Source: Ranitomeya imitator (Eukaryota). From it: 64,000 nt of DNA. Made by a program: the position numbers and the translations under genes. The notes below the pieces were generated by a model, which did no database searches, was not told the DNA's origin, and was given only the letters and a program-made list of their open reading frames with translations. Position 1 is the first letter of the stretch, and each line of letters opens with the position of its first letter. Where the stretch lies: NCBI RefSeq assembly GCF_032444005.1, contig NC_091284.1, positions 803,954,001 to 804,018,000 on the forward strand, written 5' to 3'. Positions 39,395 through 51,160 of this stretch are shown in pieces.

Positions 39395-40445
39395 AAAAGA
39401 AGGAAAAGGGAGATAAGGGGAAAAAGACAAATAATGGGAGATAAAGAGGTAAATTAAAGGAAGACTGTAAAAGAGAAATAGAAGAGAAGTAAAGGGAATT
39501 GAAGCAGAAGATGGGAGATTGGGAAAATAGATATGAAAAAAGGAGAAGGAAAGCATAATGGAGATAGGAAAAAAGGTGAAAATGAAGGCACTGAATGAAA
39601 AAGGAAAGAGGGGGAAGAAAGGCAGAGGAGAGAAGTGCAAAGAGGAAAAAAAGAAAGGAGAGAAAGGAAAAAGAAAGATGTGAACAAGAGGCTGGAAGTA
39701 GAAAACATGACGGCAGAAGACAGAAAAAATTCAATGTGGAAGGGAAATTGGGAAATGAGAGGAGAGGGTAAGAAAGTATTGGACAGGAAGAAGAAAAAGG
39801 AAGATGAAAGTGGAGAGGAGAAAGAGAATGAAAGGAAGGAATGGCGAGGAAGAGAGAAGAAAAGGAAGGCGGCGAAAGAAAGAAGGTAAGGGAAACGTGG
39901 TGAGGAGAGAAGGTAAGAAACGAGAGGAGTGAAAGACAGAAGAAAAGGATCAGAGAGAAGAGAAAGGAAAAGAATATATGGTATATACGAAAGGACAGGA
40001 GAGGAGAGAAGGATAAGAGAAGAGAATAAAGGAAGGAGATGAGTGAAAGAAAGAAGAATTTGAAGGGAGGGGAGAGAAGAGAAAGGGAAACAGGAAAGGT
40101 GAAATGGAAAAGAAGAAGAAAAAAGAAGGATAAGAGGAGAGAAGAAAGGGAAAGAAGGAGAGGAGTGAAAGAAAGAAGAAAAGGAGAAGGAAGGTTTAAA
40201 GAAGAGAGAAGAAAGGGAAGAAAATCAGGAGAAGTAACAAAGGAGAGAAGAGAGGGAGTGATGAGATAAGGGCAGAGTAGGGACTGAAGAAGAGGAAGGA
40301 GACACAGGTAAGAAGAGAGGGAAGATGAACAGTGAGGATGGCAAGAGAAGGAATCAGAAGAGGGACGATACGTGATGAGGGAAAAGAAAGAAAATAGGGA
40401 GAAAAGGAGGAAATTAGAAGAGGAGACAAAAAAAGGGAAGGAGAC
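39395..40445. repeat. About 1.05-kb purine-rich low-complexity tract (pyrimidine-rich on the FAT3 sense strand)
   Basis: Mostly A/G on the plus strand, with no fixed period. Confidence 0.92.
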
Positions 40446-41305
40446 CACGGAATGGGTAGTTAGGCAGAAAAAAAGGGTAAAGTCAGAACAAGCAGTTTAT
40501 TTCAAAAGAAGTTAGAAAGTAATTTATCAGGCTTAAATGCCTTTCTTTATCATTTCTTGCTGTATAGAAGCGTAATAGACAATATTGTAGCCTTGTTGTT
40601 GTTTTGTGACACCATTATTTTTCATTGCTGCTGTCAGCTAGATATCGGCCTTCGTGATCAGAGAAGTTCCCCACCAACCTATAATCTGCATTCTTATGAC
40701 TGGCCGCCTACATGCAGACAGCAGGTGCACATTTATAATACAATATCATGCTGCAAAGCCTGTGCAGACACCATCGAAACATAGGTCATGCAAAATGGAA
40801 GCCAAATGGACAGCTTTATCCTTCTGCCCAACAGTACTGACAGATGGTAGCACAAGGCTTCACTTACTGATTGCACACAAACAGCACAGTTATCAGAGAT
40901 GATTTCCTAAAAGATACAACATAGATATAGCGCACAATTATGTCCCTCAAATGCTAAATCTGTTACTTGTCTTTTCAGATGGAGCGGCATGTTTGCTGTT
41001 ATCTGGCTTATGTTAACAAGGTAACTCATTATTAGTTATTGCCCATGTTTGTCGTGGGACACCCGTATATGAAGCTGCTCTCACTACATTCTTAGCTTCA
41101 TGTAGTACCACATCTCTCCTGTAGTGGGCACTGCAGAGGGAATGCACAGCTGGCTGCAACTGATCGCTGGAGGTCTCCAAAGCTAAACTTGCCGCAATCA
41201 ACTAGTCGCTGCCCCAGCATCAATTGAATATATGATTATCTTAATTCACAGCCTTTAAAGCGATACTCAAGGACATACACATTAATGTGTACTGCCCCTA
41301 AAAGG

Positions 41306-41307
<2 letters not shown>

Positions 41308-41355
<48 letters not shown>
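41308..41355. repeat. (AT)24 microsatellite
   Basis: Directly visible. Confidence 0.97.
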
Positions 41356-41359
<4 letters not shown>

Positions 41360-41639
41360 CTAATATTCTCATCATCTCGATTTGTTTAATTGCTGTTCTC
41401 CATCCTCTCTTGCTTGGGGTCATCCATAGCATTGAAGCTTCACTTGAAAGTGGAGGCCACTCACAGCTTTGTGCAATCCATAGTGACAGCCTTGACAATC
41501 AAGTGATTCATCTTTGGTATGGCCCATCATCACCATCTCCGAGATAAAGGGAACCCGTCATGTCCCCTTATGATATTAGCATGCAGATATAGGGTTAATC
41601 AGCTGGTAAATAGAGTTTCACTGTAGTCCGGTTGCCATA

Positions 41640-41948
41640 GGGTATGTTTCCACATTCAGGAAATGCTGCGTGTTTGACGCTGCGTAGAGCCGCAGCGTCA
41701 AACACGCAGCGTCCAGATGTTACAGCATAGTGGAGGGGATTTCATGAAATAGATGAATAGACATGCTGCAGTCTGGAAAGACGCGCCGCATGTCCGTCTC
41801 TGGAGGGAAGCCGGAAGTGTCCATGCACGCATAGTGGAGATGGGATTTCATGAAATCCCATCCACTATGCTATAACATCTGGCTGCTGCTGGTTGGACGC
41901 TGTGGATGTACACAGCGTCCAACTAGCAGCGTTTACTGAAACGTACCC
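41640..41948. mobile_element. PIF/Harbinger-type MITE nested in the T2-MITE
   Basis: GGGTATGTTTC ... AAACGTACCC-TTA. Internal hairpins GCTGCGTGTTTGACGCTGCG/CGCAGCGTCAAACACGCAGC and GTTGGACGCTGTG/CACAGCGTCCAAC. Confidence 0.7.
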
Positions 41949-42483
41949 TTACTGAAAGCCCAGCTACCGGGAGAAAATTAACTTTTTCCTTCCTGGCAGC
42001 CGACAACTTTCAGTCAGAGGTGCCACCATCGAAGCTACAGTCATCGCTCTGTGAGTAGAGGCTCTAAGCACATCCAGCACATTTTTGCCAGATCACACTG
42101 CAGCGCATCTTTTCAGAATGAGCTGTCAATCAAAGTGTCGGTCATGCTGACAGTCGCTGCTCATTGTGTACTGTGTAGAGCATCTGTGCACAGTGAGCTG
42201 AGCTGAAAAATCAAAGTGTCGGGCGTGCTGACAGCCGCTGCTCACTGTCTACTGTGAAGCACATCTGTACACATTGAGCTGTCAATCAAAGTGTCGGGGT
42301 GTGCTGACAGCCGCCGCTCATGGTGTACTGTGTAGCGCATCTGTGCACAGGGAGCTGTCAATCAAAGTGTCAGGGTGTGCTGACAGTTGCCACTCGAAAT
42401 GTTGTGGGCGATGTCTGTAGCAGCTCCAGGCACGTGTCTAAGACTGAAAGCTGATGGCTCCCGGGAGGAATTAAGTTAATTTT

Positions 42484-42800
42484 TAGAGATCAGCGAATCC
42501 GAACCTAAATGTTCAGTGTTCATACCGGACAGTTAGAACACGGAACTCTCCCAGACGTCCATTTCAATGTCCGGAGTTCCGGGGGAAGTCTGAGAGGAGA
42601 CAGTTGTAACGCAAGTTCCGAAGTTCTGGAAGGCAGTTGTGGGAATCGTACAGAGGAGGCGGAGAGAAAGTTTGGGTCTCCATTGTTTTCAATGGGGTTG
42701 GGGTCCAAGTTCGAGTACAGTTCTGGTACCTGAACAAGACTTTTGCATAAGTTCGGGTGGGATACCAGAACCTGAAATTCCACAGGTCCGCTCTTCCCCA
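42484..42800. mobile_element. Diverged MITE with TAGAGAT(G/C)AGCG-type termini (probably hAT)
   Basis: TAGAGATCAGCGAATCCGAACC ... GTCCGCTCTTCCCCA. It splits the host motif AAGTTAATTTTCTCCCGG. TSD is degenerate. Confidence 0.5.
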
Positions 42801-43724
42801 TTCATTTTCTCCCGGTAGCCACAGTGTCAGTAAGATGGCCGGACAGAATTGAGATGCTGCTCACCTGCAGATTAACCCTATATCTGCACGTTAATATCAT
42901 TTGGGGACACAGTAGGTTCCTTTAAGCAGGCAGTACCGGGGGAATTCTGCAGCGTGTGACTACGCCCCCATTTATCTGTGTGTGGATTCCCCTCTGTATC
43001 ATAAGGTTGCATTCGGCGGTGCCACATCTCTCCGAATCTGGGCCAAGCTCTTCCCACTTAGCATTGATTTTGCTGAGCTGGCTCCTGACAACCTATGGCT
43101 TTGTGCTGCACATCTGCATTCGGAGCCCGTCTGCGCTAATGAGATCTGAAGGGAAGCAACATGCTTGCTTGCTTCGTCCGCTCAAGCAGAGTCATTTTAG
43201 AGCTAATTAAGAACAGAATGCAGAAGCCGCCGCACACCCAGCCGATAATTTATTCTGTGTCTCGGTAGCCGGGGTGTTGCTGGTTTAGGGAATATTTATA
43301 AAGCGCCACATTCCAACGCATCCGCAGCTTAGAGGCGCAAGAATAACAATTAACATCAGGTCTAATAGAGGCGCTGACTCCTGCACATTCCGCCAAGGGG
43401 ACGGGACCTGGCATACAGCTATGCGCGGGAGAAACTGGCGTTTATGGTGAAACATAGTATTACGCTAAGTGTTTATTATACACTATAAAGTACTAAGGGC
43501 CGTACATAACACCACACACACTGTCAGGTATACGAATCCCTGATCGAAGCTGGTCATGAGGAAATAATGAGGAAACGGAAGCGTCATGGCAGCCATGGAT
43601 TGTATGATGTGAAAAAAAGTCTGCCACACCTGAAGCCTCCAGACATTGTGTTGCCAGACACCTTTAATCTTCACCTCCCTTCCTCTCCGTGAAAATGATG
43701 TGGACACAGATATTAGTTTGCTCC

Positions 43725-44820
43725 TCTCTCGCCTAAAAATGATGTGGCACAGATAGTACTGTGGTCCTCTTTCATCTGAAAATGATGCATACACAGATAG
43801 TACTGTGTCCCTCTTTCTCCTGAAAATGATGCAGACACAGATAGTACTGTGTCCCTCTTTCTCCTGAAAATGATGAAGACACAGATAGTACTGTGTCCCT
43901 CTTTCCCTTGAAAATGATGCAGATACAGATAGTACTGTGGTCCTCTTTCTCCTGAAAATGATGAAGACACAGATAGTACTGTGTCCCTCTTTCTCCTGAA
44001 AATGATGCAGACACAGATAGTACTGTGGTCCTCTTTCATCTGAAAATGATGCAGATACAGATAGTACTGTGTTCCTCTTTCTCCTGAAAATGATGCAGAC
44101 ACAGATAGTACTGTGTCCCTCTTTCTCCTGAAAATGATGCAGACACAGATAGTACTGTGTCCCTCTTTCTCCTGAAAATGATGCAGACACAGATAGTACT
44201 GTGTCCCTCTTTCCCTTGAAAATGATGCAGACACAGATAGTACTGTGTCCCTCTTTCCCTTGAAAATGATGAAGACACAGATAGTACTGCGTCCCTCTTT
44301 CTCCTGAAAATGATGCAGACACAGATAGTACTGTGGTCCTCTTTCTCCTGAAAATGATGCAGACACAGATAGTACTGTGTCCCTCTTTCCCTTGAAAATG
44401 ATGCAGACACAGATAGTACTGCGTCCCTCTTTCTCCTGAAAATGATGCAGACACAGATAGTACTGTGTCCCTCTTTCCCTTGAAAATGATGCAGACACAG
44501 ATAGTACTGTGTCCCTCTTTCCCTTGAAAATGATGAAGACACAGATAGTACTGTGTCCTTCTTTCCCTTGAAAATGATGCAGACACAGATAGTACTGTGT
44601 CCCTCTTTCTCCTGAAAATGATGAAGACACAGATAGTACTGTGTTCCTCTTTCTCCTGAAAATGATGAAGACACAGATAGTACTGTGTTCCTCTTTCTCC
44701 TGATAATGTTGCAGACACAGATAGTACTGTGTCTCTCTCTCTCCCTGAAAATAATCTAGACGCAGGTAGTACTGTGTTCGTCTCTTGCATGAAAATATTA
44801 TGGACACAGATAGCACTGTA
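43725..44820. repeat. 44-bp minisatellite (GAAAATGATGCAGACACAGATAGTACTGTGTCCCTCTTTCTCCT)n, about 25 copies
   Basis: TACTGT at 43801 and 43845 (period 44). Source of the repetitive minus-strand ORFs at 43483-44832. Confidence 0.96.
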
Positions 44821-45168
44821 TCGAATCAGCAAAACTCAGCCTAGTAAGTGACACATCACTGGAATCATGCTCTCTGCCCCTACATGCTTCTCTCAGATTA
44901 CATAGCAAAATCCTGCTGACAGATTCCCTTTAAGGAGCTTTTACACAACAACCATTAAACTCAGTGCAGTTATCTGCCACCACTGAATTTTCATCGATTA
45001 TCAATGTAAAATCCCACAATGTAAAACATTATCTGGAGGATCTGTCAGTGGATCTATCAGTTTGTCTTTGTCTGGATTAAGGGCAAAGGTTTGGTGAGAA
45101 CTTCTTTCTTTTTTTAAATCAATATTCCTATGTTCAGCTTATAAACCTGTGCAATTTTATATACCTAA

Positions 45169-45349
45169 GGTCACTTTCACACGGTCAGTATTTGGTCAAT
45201 ATTTATAAGCAATAACCGGGAGTGGAACAAATAGAGGAAAAGTATCATAGAAACACGTCACCACTTCTGTATTTATCACCCACTCCTGGTTTGGGCTTAC
45301 ACATACTGATGTAAAATACTGACCAAATACTGACCGTGTGAACAAGGCC
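45169..45349. mobile_element. PIF/Harbinger-type MITE, 181 bp
   Basis: TAA TSD on both sides (45166-45168 and 45350-45352). TIR/subTIR GGTCACTTTCACACGGTCAGTATTTGGTCA / TGACCAAATACTGACCGTGTGAACAAGGCC. Confidence 0.85.
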
Positions 45350-46301
45350 TAAGGGTCATTCTCAGGACCCTTCTCTATGTAGATATCGTCACTGGCTCTG
45401 GCAGACCGGCTCACCCATGACTTACATGTAGGCACCCATTTAAATATAATTTAATACCACTTTCCCCCTGTAGTGGCCGCTGCAGGGAAAATGAATGGTC
45501 AGACACAACCATTCCTGGCAGTAATAGCTTCTTCATGTGGGTTTCAGAGGATTCTGAGGTTTTCAACAGTCTGGGATTTTTAGCTAATGGCTCAGCTGAA
45601 TTCATTGGCAAACGTTAACCTCTTTAAGAGCTATTCCTTAAATAGTCAGTTACCCCCATCCATAAAAATAGCCGAGCACCGTGTTTGGCTCTTTCCCATT
45701 GTCCTATAGTCAATGAACGGAGCGGTGGTTGGGCATGTGCAACTACACTCCATTCAGGATGGTGCTCTGCAGAGGACCATCCAGGGTTCCAGAGCCCTGT
45801 TCTCAGGATTGATGGGAATCCCAGTGGTCAGACCACCAGCGATCAGTAAGATATCCTATGTACAGTAGATAGGGAATAGCTTCCCATCTTAGGAATAACC
45901 CGTTAAGACGAAATTAATGCCTAATTACCTATTTAATGGTATTGTTAGCAATGCTCCCATTCAGACAACAGTAAAGTAGATTTGACTGGTTTAGGACAGA
46001 CTGTAATCTGGAATCCAGACAAAGACTAGACAAGAAAACCCTGGCTAAATGGAGGGACCCACATTAATTTAGGGGACCCATATTGATTTGAGCAGGGGTA
46101 GACATAGACAGCAGATGACCCCTCTGCAAAACACTACATACTCTTCAACAGCTCATCCTAAAACACCCCTTGCAAGTTACCCCGGTAGGACGATAGCTAA
46201 TAGATGATGGGATGCTGCTTTTAAGATGGCAGTGGGTCGCCCTAACCCTCTGGGTACAAATATTGTATCAACCAATTCTCAAAGAAAACCGCAGAAAGAA
46301 T

Positions 46302-46451
46302 GGCGGCAGGTTAAGGCGAGGAATGACGAGAGTGGACGACGGCCATTTCGCGCCGGCTGCGCTTCAATGCCTGGACCCATTGAAGCGCAGCCGGAGCGAA
46401 ACGGCCGTCGTCCACTCTCGTCATCCCGCAGCCTTGCCTTAACCTGCCGCC
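46302..46451. repeat. 150-bp GC/CpG-rich imperfect palindrome, probably a MITE core
   Basis: GGCGGCAGGTTAAGGCGAGG...CCGGCTGCGCTTCAATG-cctggacc-CATTGAAGCGCAGCCGG...CCTTGCCTTAACCTGCCGCC. Termini of the parent element were not resolved. Confidence 0.75.
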
Positions 46452-46771
46452 TCTGTTTAATGTCCTCAACCCATGGATGGTAAAATAAAGGACTACTGAA
46501 TACAACACTACAGGGTGAGTGCCACATCTTTCTACAAATATTGTATCTCTGCCACTGGATCTGGGTAAAAACACTCTACGGAAGACAGGCGGCCCAATGA
46601 GAGCTAGTCTAGAACAGATGGCTGCCATGAACAGCACCTAGTAGACTTAGATCTATTAAATCTATAAAAAACAGATAGTAGATCTATAAAAACACCTTGA
46701 TGATTTTGGGTCCTCACAGCAGATCCGCGCCCATGCTGCTAATGGGGGAGGGTACTAAGAATACTGTTTAA

Positions 46772-47144
46772 AGGGGTCTTCCATTGGAAACAAGTTATCA
46801 CCTATTTAGAGGATAGACGATAACTTACTAATTGGTTGGGGTTCGAATGCCGGGACCTGCACGGATTGGCAAAATGGGAACTTTGCTCGCCGATGGGGGC
46901 ACTTTAATCCCCACTATAATCCCTGTATTAGCAGGTCGGATGTGCTGCACTCGGCTTTTTCAGGCAGGCCCATAGAAAATAAATGGAGTGTTGGTCAGAC
47001 ATGAACACTGCGGCTCTATTCCGAGGATAAAAGGGCCCTGTTTTTCTGTTCAGTGAGGGTCCTAACGGTTGGACCCCCAAGATCAGTGAGTTATTATACC
47101 TATCCTGTGGATAGGTGATTATTTGTTTTCACCGGACAATACTT
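46772..47144. mobile_element. T2/Kolobok-type MITE
   Basis: TTAA-AGGGGTCTTCC...AAACAAGTTATCACCTAT vs ATAGGTGATTATTTGTTT...GGACAATACT-TTAA. Confidence 0.7.
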
Positions 47145-49232
47145 TTAAGTAATTTAAGATTGGTTATTTCTATCTTTCCAGTCGTTTTATCTAACGGAAA
47201 CGTGAAACTTTTTTTTATTATTTTAATAAAATCTGGACCGAATTTAATAACGGTTTACTGTGAAAGTTCCCGAAAAGTTTTACAGAACCTCAGGATTAGA
47301 GTATGAAGCAATTAAGGTGCGTATTCTAGACTTTTGGTGGCCTTTAAACCTCTGTCAGATCCAGCAAGTCTCGCCTTTGAACTATACATCACTTTGTAAA
47401 AAACAAATCTTCTAAAAAATGGAAAGTCTACAAAAATGTCATTTTAAGAGCATCAGTAAGACTATATCGTGATGATACAGCCTTCTTTTTGATTAAATTG
47501 CTAACACAAAAAGTTCAGGCTGAGGCGACTGGCAAGAAAAGAGAGGAAGAAAAAATAAAATGTTCTAGCTCCGGGGTACAGGTTCTCTGCTACATCAGGA
47601 TGAACCGGAGAATGGCTTTGTTTTTTAGAACAATTACTTGCAGATATTCGCTTTATGCCCCTGATCTGATCTACGACTCTGATAACCACTACTGTCAGCT
47701 ATACCCAAGAAATCCATTAATGTTCAAGATAAAACTCCGACTCGGGAGCTGAAGGATGCTGTTAATAGCCAGGAAAATACAACATGTGCTTACATCAGAG
47801 ACATCTAGTGTCCCCCGGACAAAGGGGACACCTCTTGGACTTCAGCAGAACCCAAACCTAAACCTAAACTTTCTGATGTTCGAAAAGCATGGAACTAAAG
47901 TTTGGTACACGGCATTCGGATCACGAATATAACCTTCTGCCTGGCAAATACAGAACACAGACCACCTCTAGTCACATACAGACAATACAGAAGACCACCG
48001 AAACTGAGATGGAGAGTAGATATTAATTATAGGTACAAAGTTCAAACAAGACCCACCATCTATACAGAACCCAGGCCAGACCCACCCTCTATACAGACCC
48101 CAGGCAAACCCACCTTCTATAAAGACCCCAGGCCAGACCCACCTTCCATACAGAAGCCAAGCCAAACCCACTCTCTATACAGAACCCAAGCCAGATCCAC
48201 CCTTTATACAGCACCCAAGCCAAACCCACCTTCTATATAGACTCCAGGCCTGACCCACCCTCTATACAGACCCCAGGCAAACCCACCTTCTATACAGATC
48301 CCACGCCAGGGCCACCCTCTATAGAGACCCCAGACCAGACTCACGTTCTATACAGACCCCAGACCAGATCCACCCTCTATAGAGACCCCAGGCCAGGGCC
48401 ACCTTCTATACAGACACCAGGCCAGACCCACCTTCTATACAGAAGCCAAGCCAAACCCACTCTCTATACAGACCCCAGGCCAGGGCCACCCTCTATACAG
48501 ACCCCAGACCAGATCCACCCTCTATACAGACCCCAGACCAGACCCACCTTCTATACAGACCCCAGGCCAGACCCACCTTCTATACAGAAGCCAAGCCAAA
48601 CCCACTCTCTATACAGAACCCAAGCCAGATCCACCCTTTATACAGCACCCAAGCCAAACCCACCTTCCATATAGACCTCAGGCCTGACCCACCCTCTATA
48701 CAGACCCCAGGCAAACCCACCTTCTATACAGACCCCAGGCCAGACCCACCTTCTATACAGAAGCCAAGCCAAACCCACTCTCTATACAGAACCCAAGCCA
48801 GATCCACCCTTTATACAGCACCCAAGCCAAACCCACCTTCCATATAGACCCCAGGCCTGACCCACCCTCTATACAGACCCCAGGCAAACCCACCTTCTAT
48901 ACAGACCCCAGGCCAGGCCCACCCTCTATATAGACCCCAGGCCAAACTCACCCTCTATATAGACCCCAGGTCAGACCCACCTTCTATACAGACCCCAGGC
49001 CAGACCCACCCTCTATACAGACCTCAGGCCAGATCCACCCTCTATACAGACCCCAGGCAAACCCACCTTCTATACAGACCCCAGGCCAGGCCCACCCTCT
49101 ATATAGACCCCAGGCAAACCCACCTTCTATACAGACCCCAGACCAGATCCACCCTCTATACAGTTAGTAAATAACTTGGCACTCAACTTAGTGGATCGTG
49201 ATAATAAAGAAAAATAATTTTATTACTTGAAT

Positions 49233-49292
49233 AGCAGCCCAGCATAAACGTTTCGGTCAAACATTTAGACCTTCTTCAGTAAACCGACTGCT
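49233..49292 (-). ncRNA. Minimal type-I hammerhead ribozyme motif, sense to FAT3 pre-mRNA
   Basis: Exact reverse complement of 49999-50058. Confidence 0.75.
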
Positions 49293-49998
49293 GGTATAAT
49301 GGAGAGTATAGGGCACTGATATATGTAGATAGGGTCCTATGGTGGAGTTTTTGCAAGACCTCTAAGATTGAAGCAATTATCCAAGTAAATAGAACGTGTG
49401 CGTATTTCCGTTCCAAATAGGCTTGAAAGATAAAAGCTAGTATAAATAACTTAAGAGGTACTGGAATACTGCCAAGAAGCACGGGATATGGAGAAATGTC
49501 CAACTGAATGGCCTGGAGTTATATAATCCTGGCCAAAAGGGTGGTACATATAGGCACAGAGTACCGGAGACGCGGTGAAAATCTAATGCACAGGGCTTTG
49601 TAAGAAGGCTTCAAAAGGCAAGTCTCATAGGGAAGGTGCGCTGAGGATCTGTTCCGGTATAAGATAGGTAGGAGGTGAACATCAACGCGGTGTCCGCCGC
49701 TAGTTGAATGTTATTTTATACTCCGGTACTCTGTGCCTATATGTACCACCCTTTTGGCCAGGATTATATAACTCCAGGCCATTCAGTTGGACATTTCTTC
49801 ATATCCCGTGCTTCTTGGCAGTATTCCAGTACCTCTTAAGTTATTTATACTAGCTTATTATCTTTCAAGCCTATTTGGAACGGAAATACGCACACGTTCT
49901 ATTTACTTGGATAATTGCTTCAATCTTAGAGGTCCTGCAAAAACTCCACCATAGGACCCTATCTACATATATCAGTGCCCTATACTCTCCATTATACC

Positions 49999-50058
49999 AG
50001 CAGTCGGTTTACTGAAGAAGGTCTAAATGTTTGACCGAAACGTTTATGCTGGGCTGCT
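49999..50058 (+). ncRNA. Minimal type-I hammerhead ribozyme motif
   Basis: C3UGAAGA9 at 50012-50018, extra A, stem II GGUC/GACC (50020-50023 / 50033-50036), GAAA at 50037-50040, palindromic ACGU stem III, GUU triplet (predicted cut after 50044). Stem I AGCAGU-CGGU-U-UA pairs with UA-U-GCUG-G-GCUGCU. Paired by hand. Confidence 0.78.
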
Positions 50059-51160
50059 ATTCAAGTAATAAAATTATTTTTCTTTATTATCACGATCCAC
50101 TAAGTTGAGTGCCAAGTTATTTACTAACTATATGATTGCTGGTGTGGGAAACCTTTCTTGAGCACCGACACAGCTGTGCCACGATATACTTCACTATCCA
50201 CCCTCTATACAGACCCTAGGCCAGGGCCACCTACTATACAGACCCCAGGTCAGACACACCCTCTATACAGACCCCAGACCAGATCCACCCTCTATACAGA
50301 CCCCAGGCAAACCCACCTTCTATACAGACCCCAGGCCAGACCCACCCTCTATACAGACCTCAGGCTAGATCCACCCTCTATACAGACCCCAGGCAAGGTC
50401 CCCCCTCTATATAGACCCCAGGCCAGACCGACGCTCTATACAGACCCCAGGTCAGACGCACCCTCTATACAGACCCCAGACCAGATCCACCCTCTATACA
50501 GACCCCAGGCCAGTCCCACCCTCTATATAGACCCCAGGCCAGTCCCACCCTATATACAAACCACAGACCAGACCTACCTTCTATACAGACCCCAGGCCAG
50601 ACCCACCCTCTATACAGAAGCCAAGCCAAACTCACTCTGTATACCGACCCCAGGCTAACCCACCTTCTATACAGACCCCTCACCAAACCCAACCTCTATA
50701 TAGACCCCAGACCAGACCCACCTTCGATGCAGACCTCAGGCCAGATGTACCCTCTATTCAGAATCCAAGCCAACCCCCCTCTATACAAACCCCAAGCCAG
50801 AATCAACCTCTTTATAGACCCCAGGTCAGACACACGTTCTATACAGACCCCAGGCCAGACCCACTCTCTATACAGAACCCAAGTCAACCAAACCCTCTAT
50901 ACAGACCGCAGGCCAAACCCACCCTCTATACAGACCGCAGGCCAGACCCACCCTCTATACAGAACCCAAGCCAAATCCACCCTTTATACAGCACCCAAGC
51001 CAAACCCACCTTCTATATAGACCGCAGGCCAGACCCACCCTCTATACAGACCTCAGGCCAGATCCACCCTATACAGACCTCAGGCCAGATCCACCCTATA
51101 CAGACCACAGGCCAGACCCACACTCAATACAGATCCGAAGCCAGACCCACCCTCTATACA

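Larger units (their letters stand above)
41548..42921. mobile_element. T2/Kolobok-type MITE with two nested insertions and an internal 76-bp tandem repeat
   Basis: Ends AGGGAACC / GGTTCCT-TTAA. Subterminal inverted pairs TGCAGATATAGGGTTAATC / GATTAACCCTATATCTGCA and GCTACCGGGAGAAAAT / ATTTTCTCCCGGTAGC. 76-bp units near 42121, 42201, 42277 and 42353. Confidence 0.8.
49164..50195 (+). mobile_element. Penelope-like retroelement 3' fragment with an inverted duplication (408/409-bp arms, 151-bp spacer)
   Basis: Arms 49162-49569 and 49721-50129 are reverse complements; I found 2 substitutions and 1 indel. Each has CTGAAGA-stem-GAAACGTT followed by AATAAA, the typical PLE pseudo-LTR signature. No RT or GIY-YIG ORF is present. 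Confidence 0.8.

Noticed and set aside
39390-40448. 352-aa Phe/Leu/Ser-rich and Lys/Arg/Glu-rich ORFs
   Set aside because: Compositional artefacts of the purine/pyrimidine-skewed tract.
43483-44832. Cys/His-containing repetitive ORFs suggestive of zinc fingers
   Set aside because: They are 44-bp tandem translations cycling through three frames, with no C2H2 spacing.
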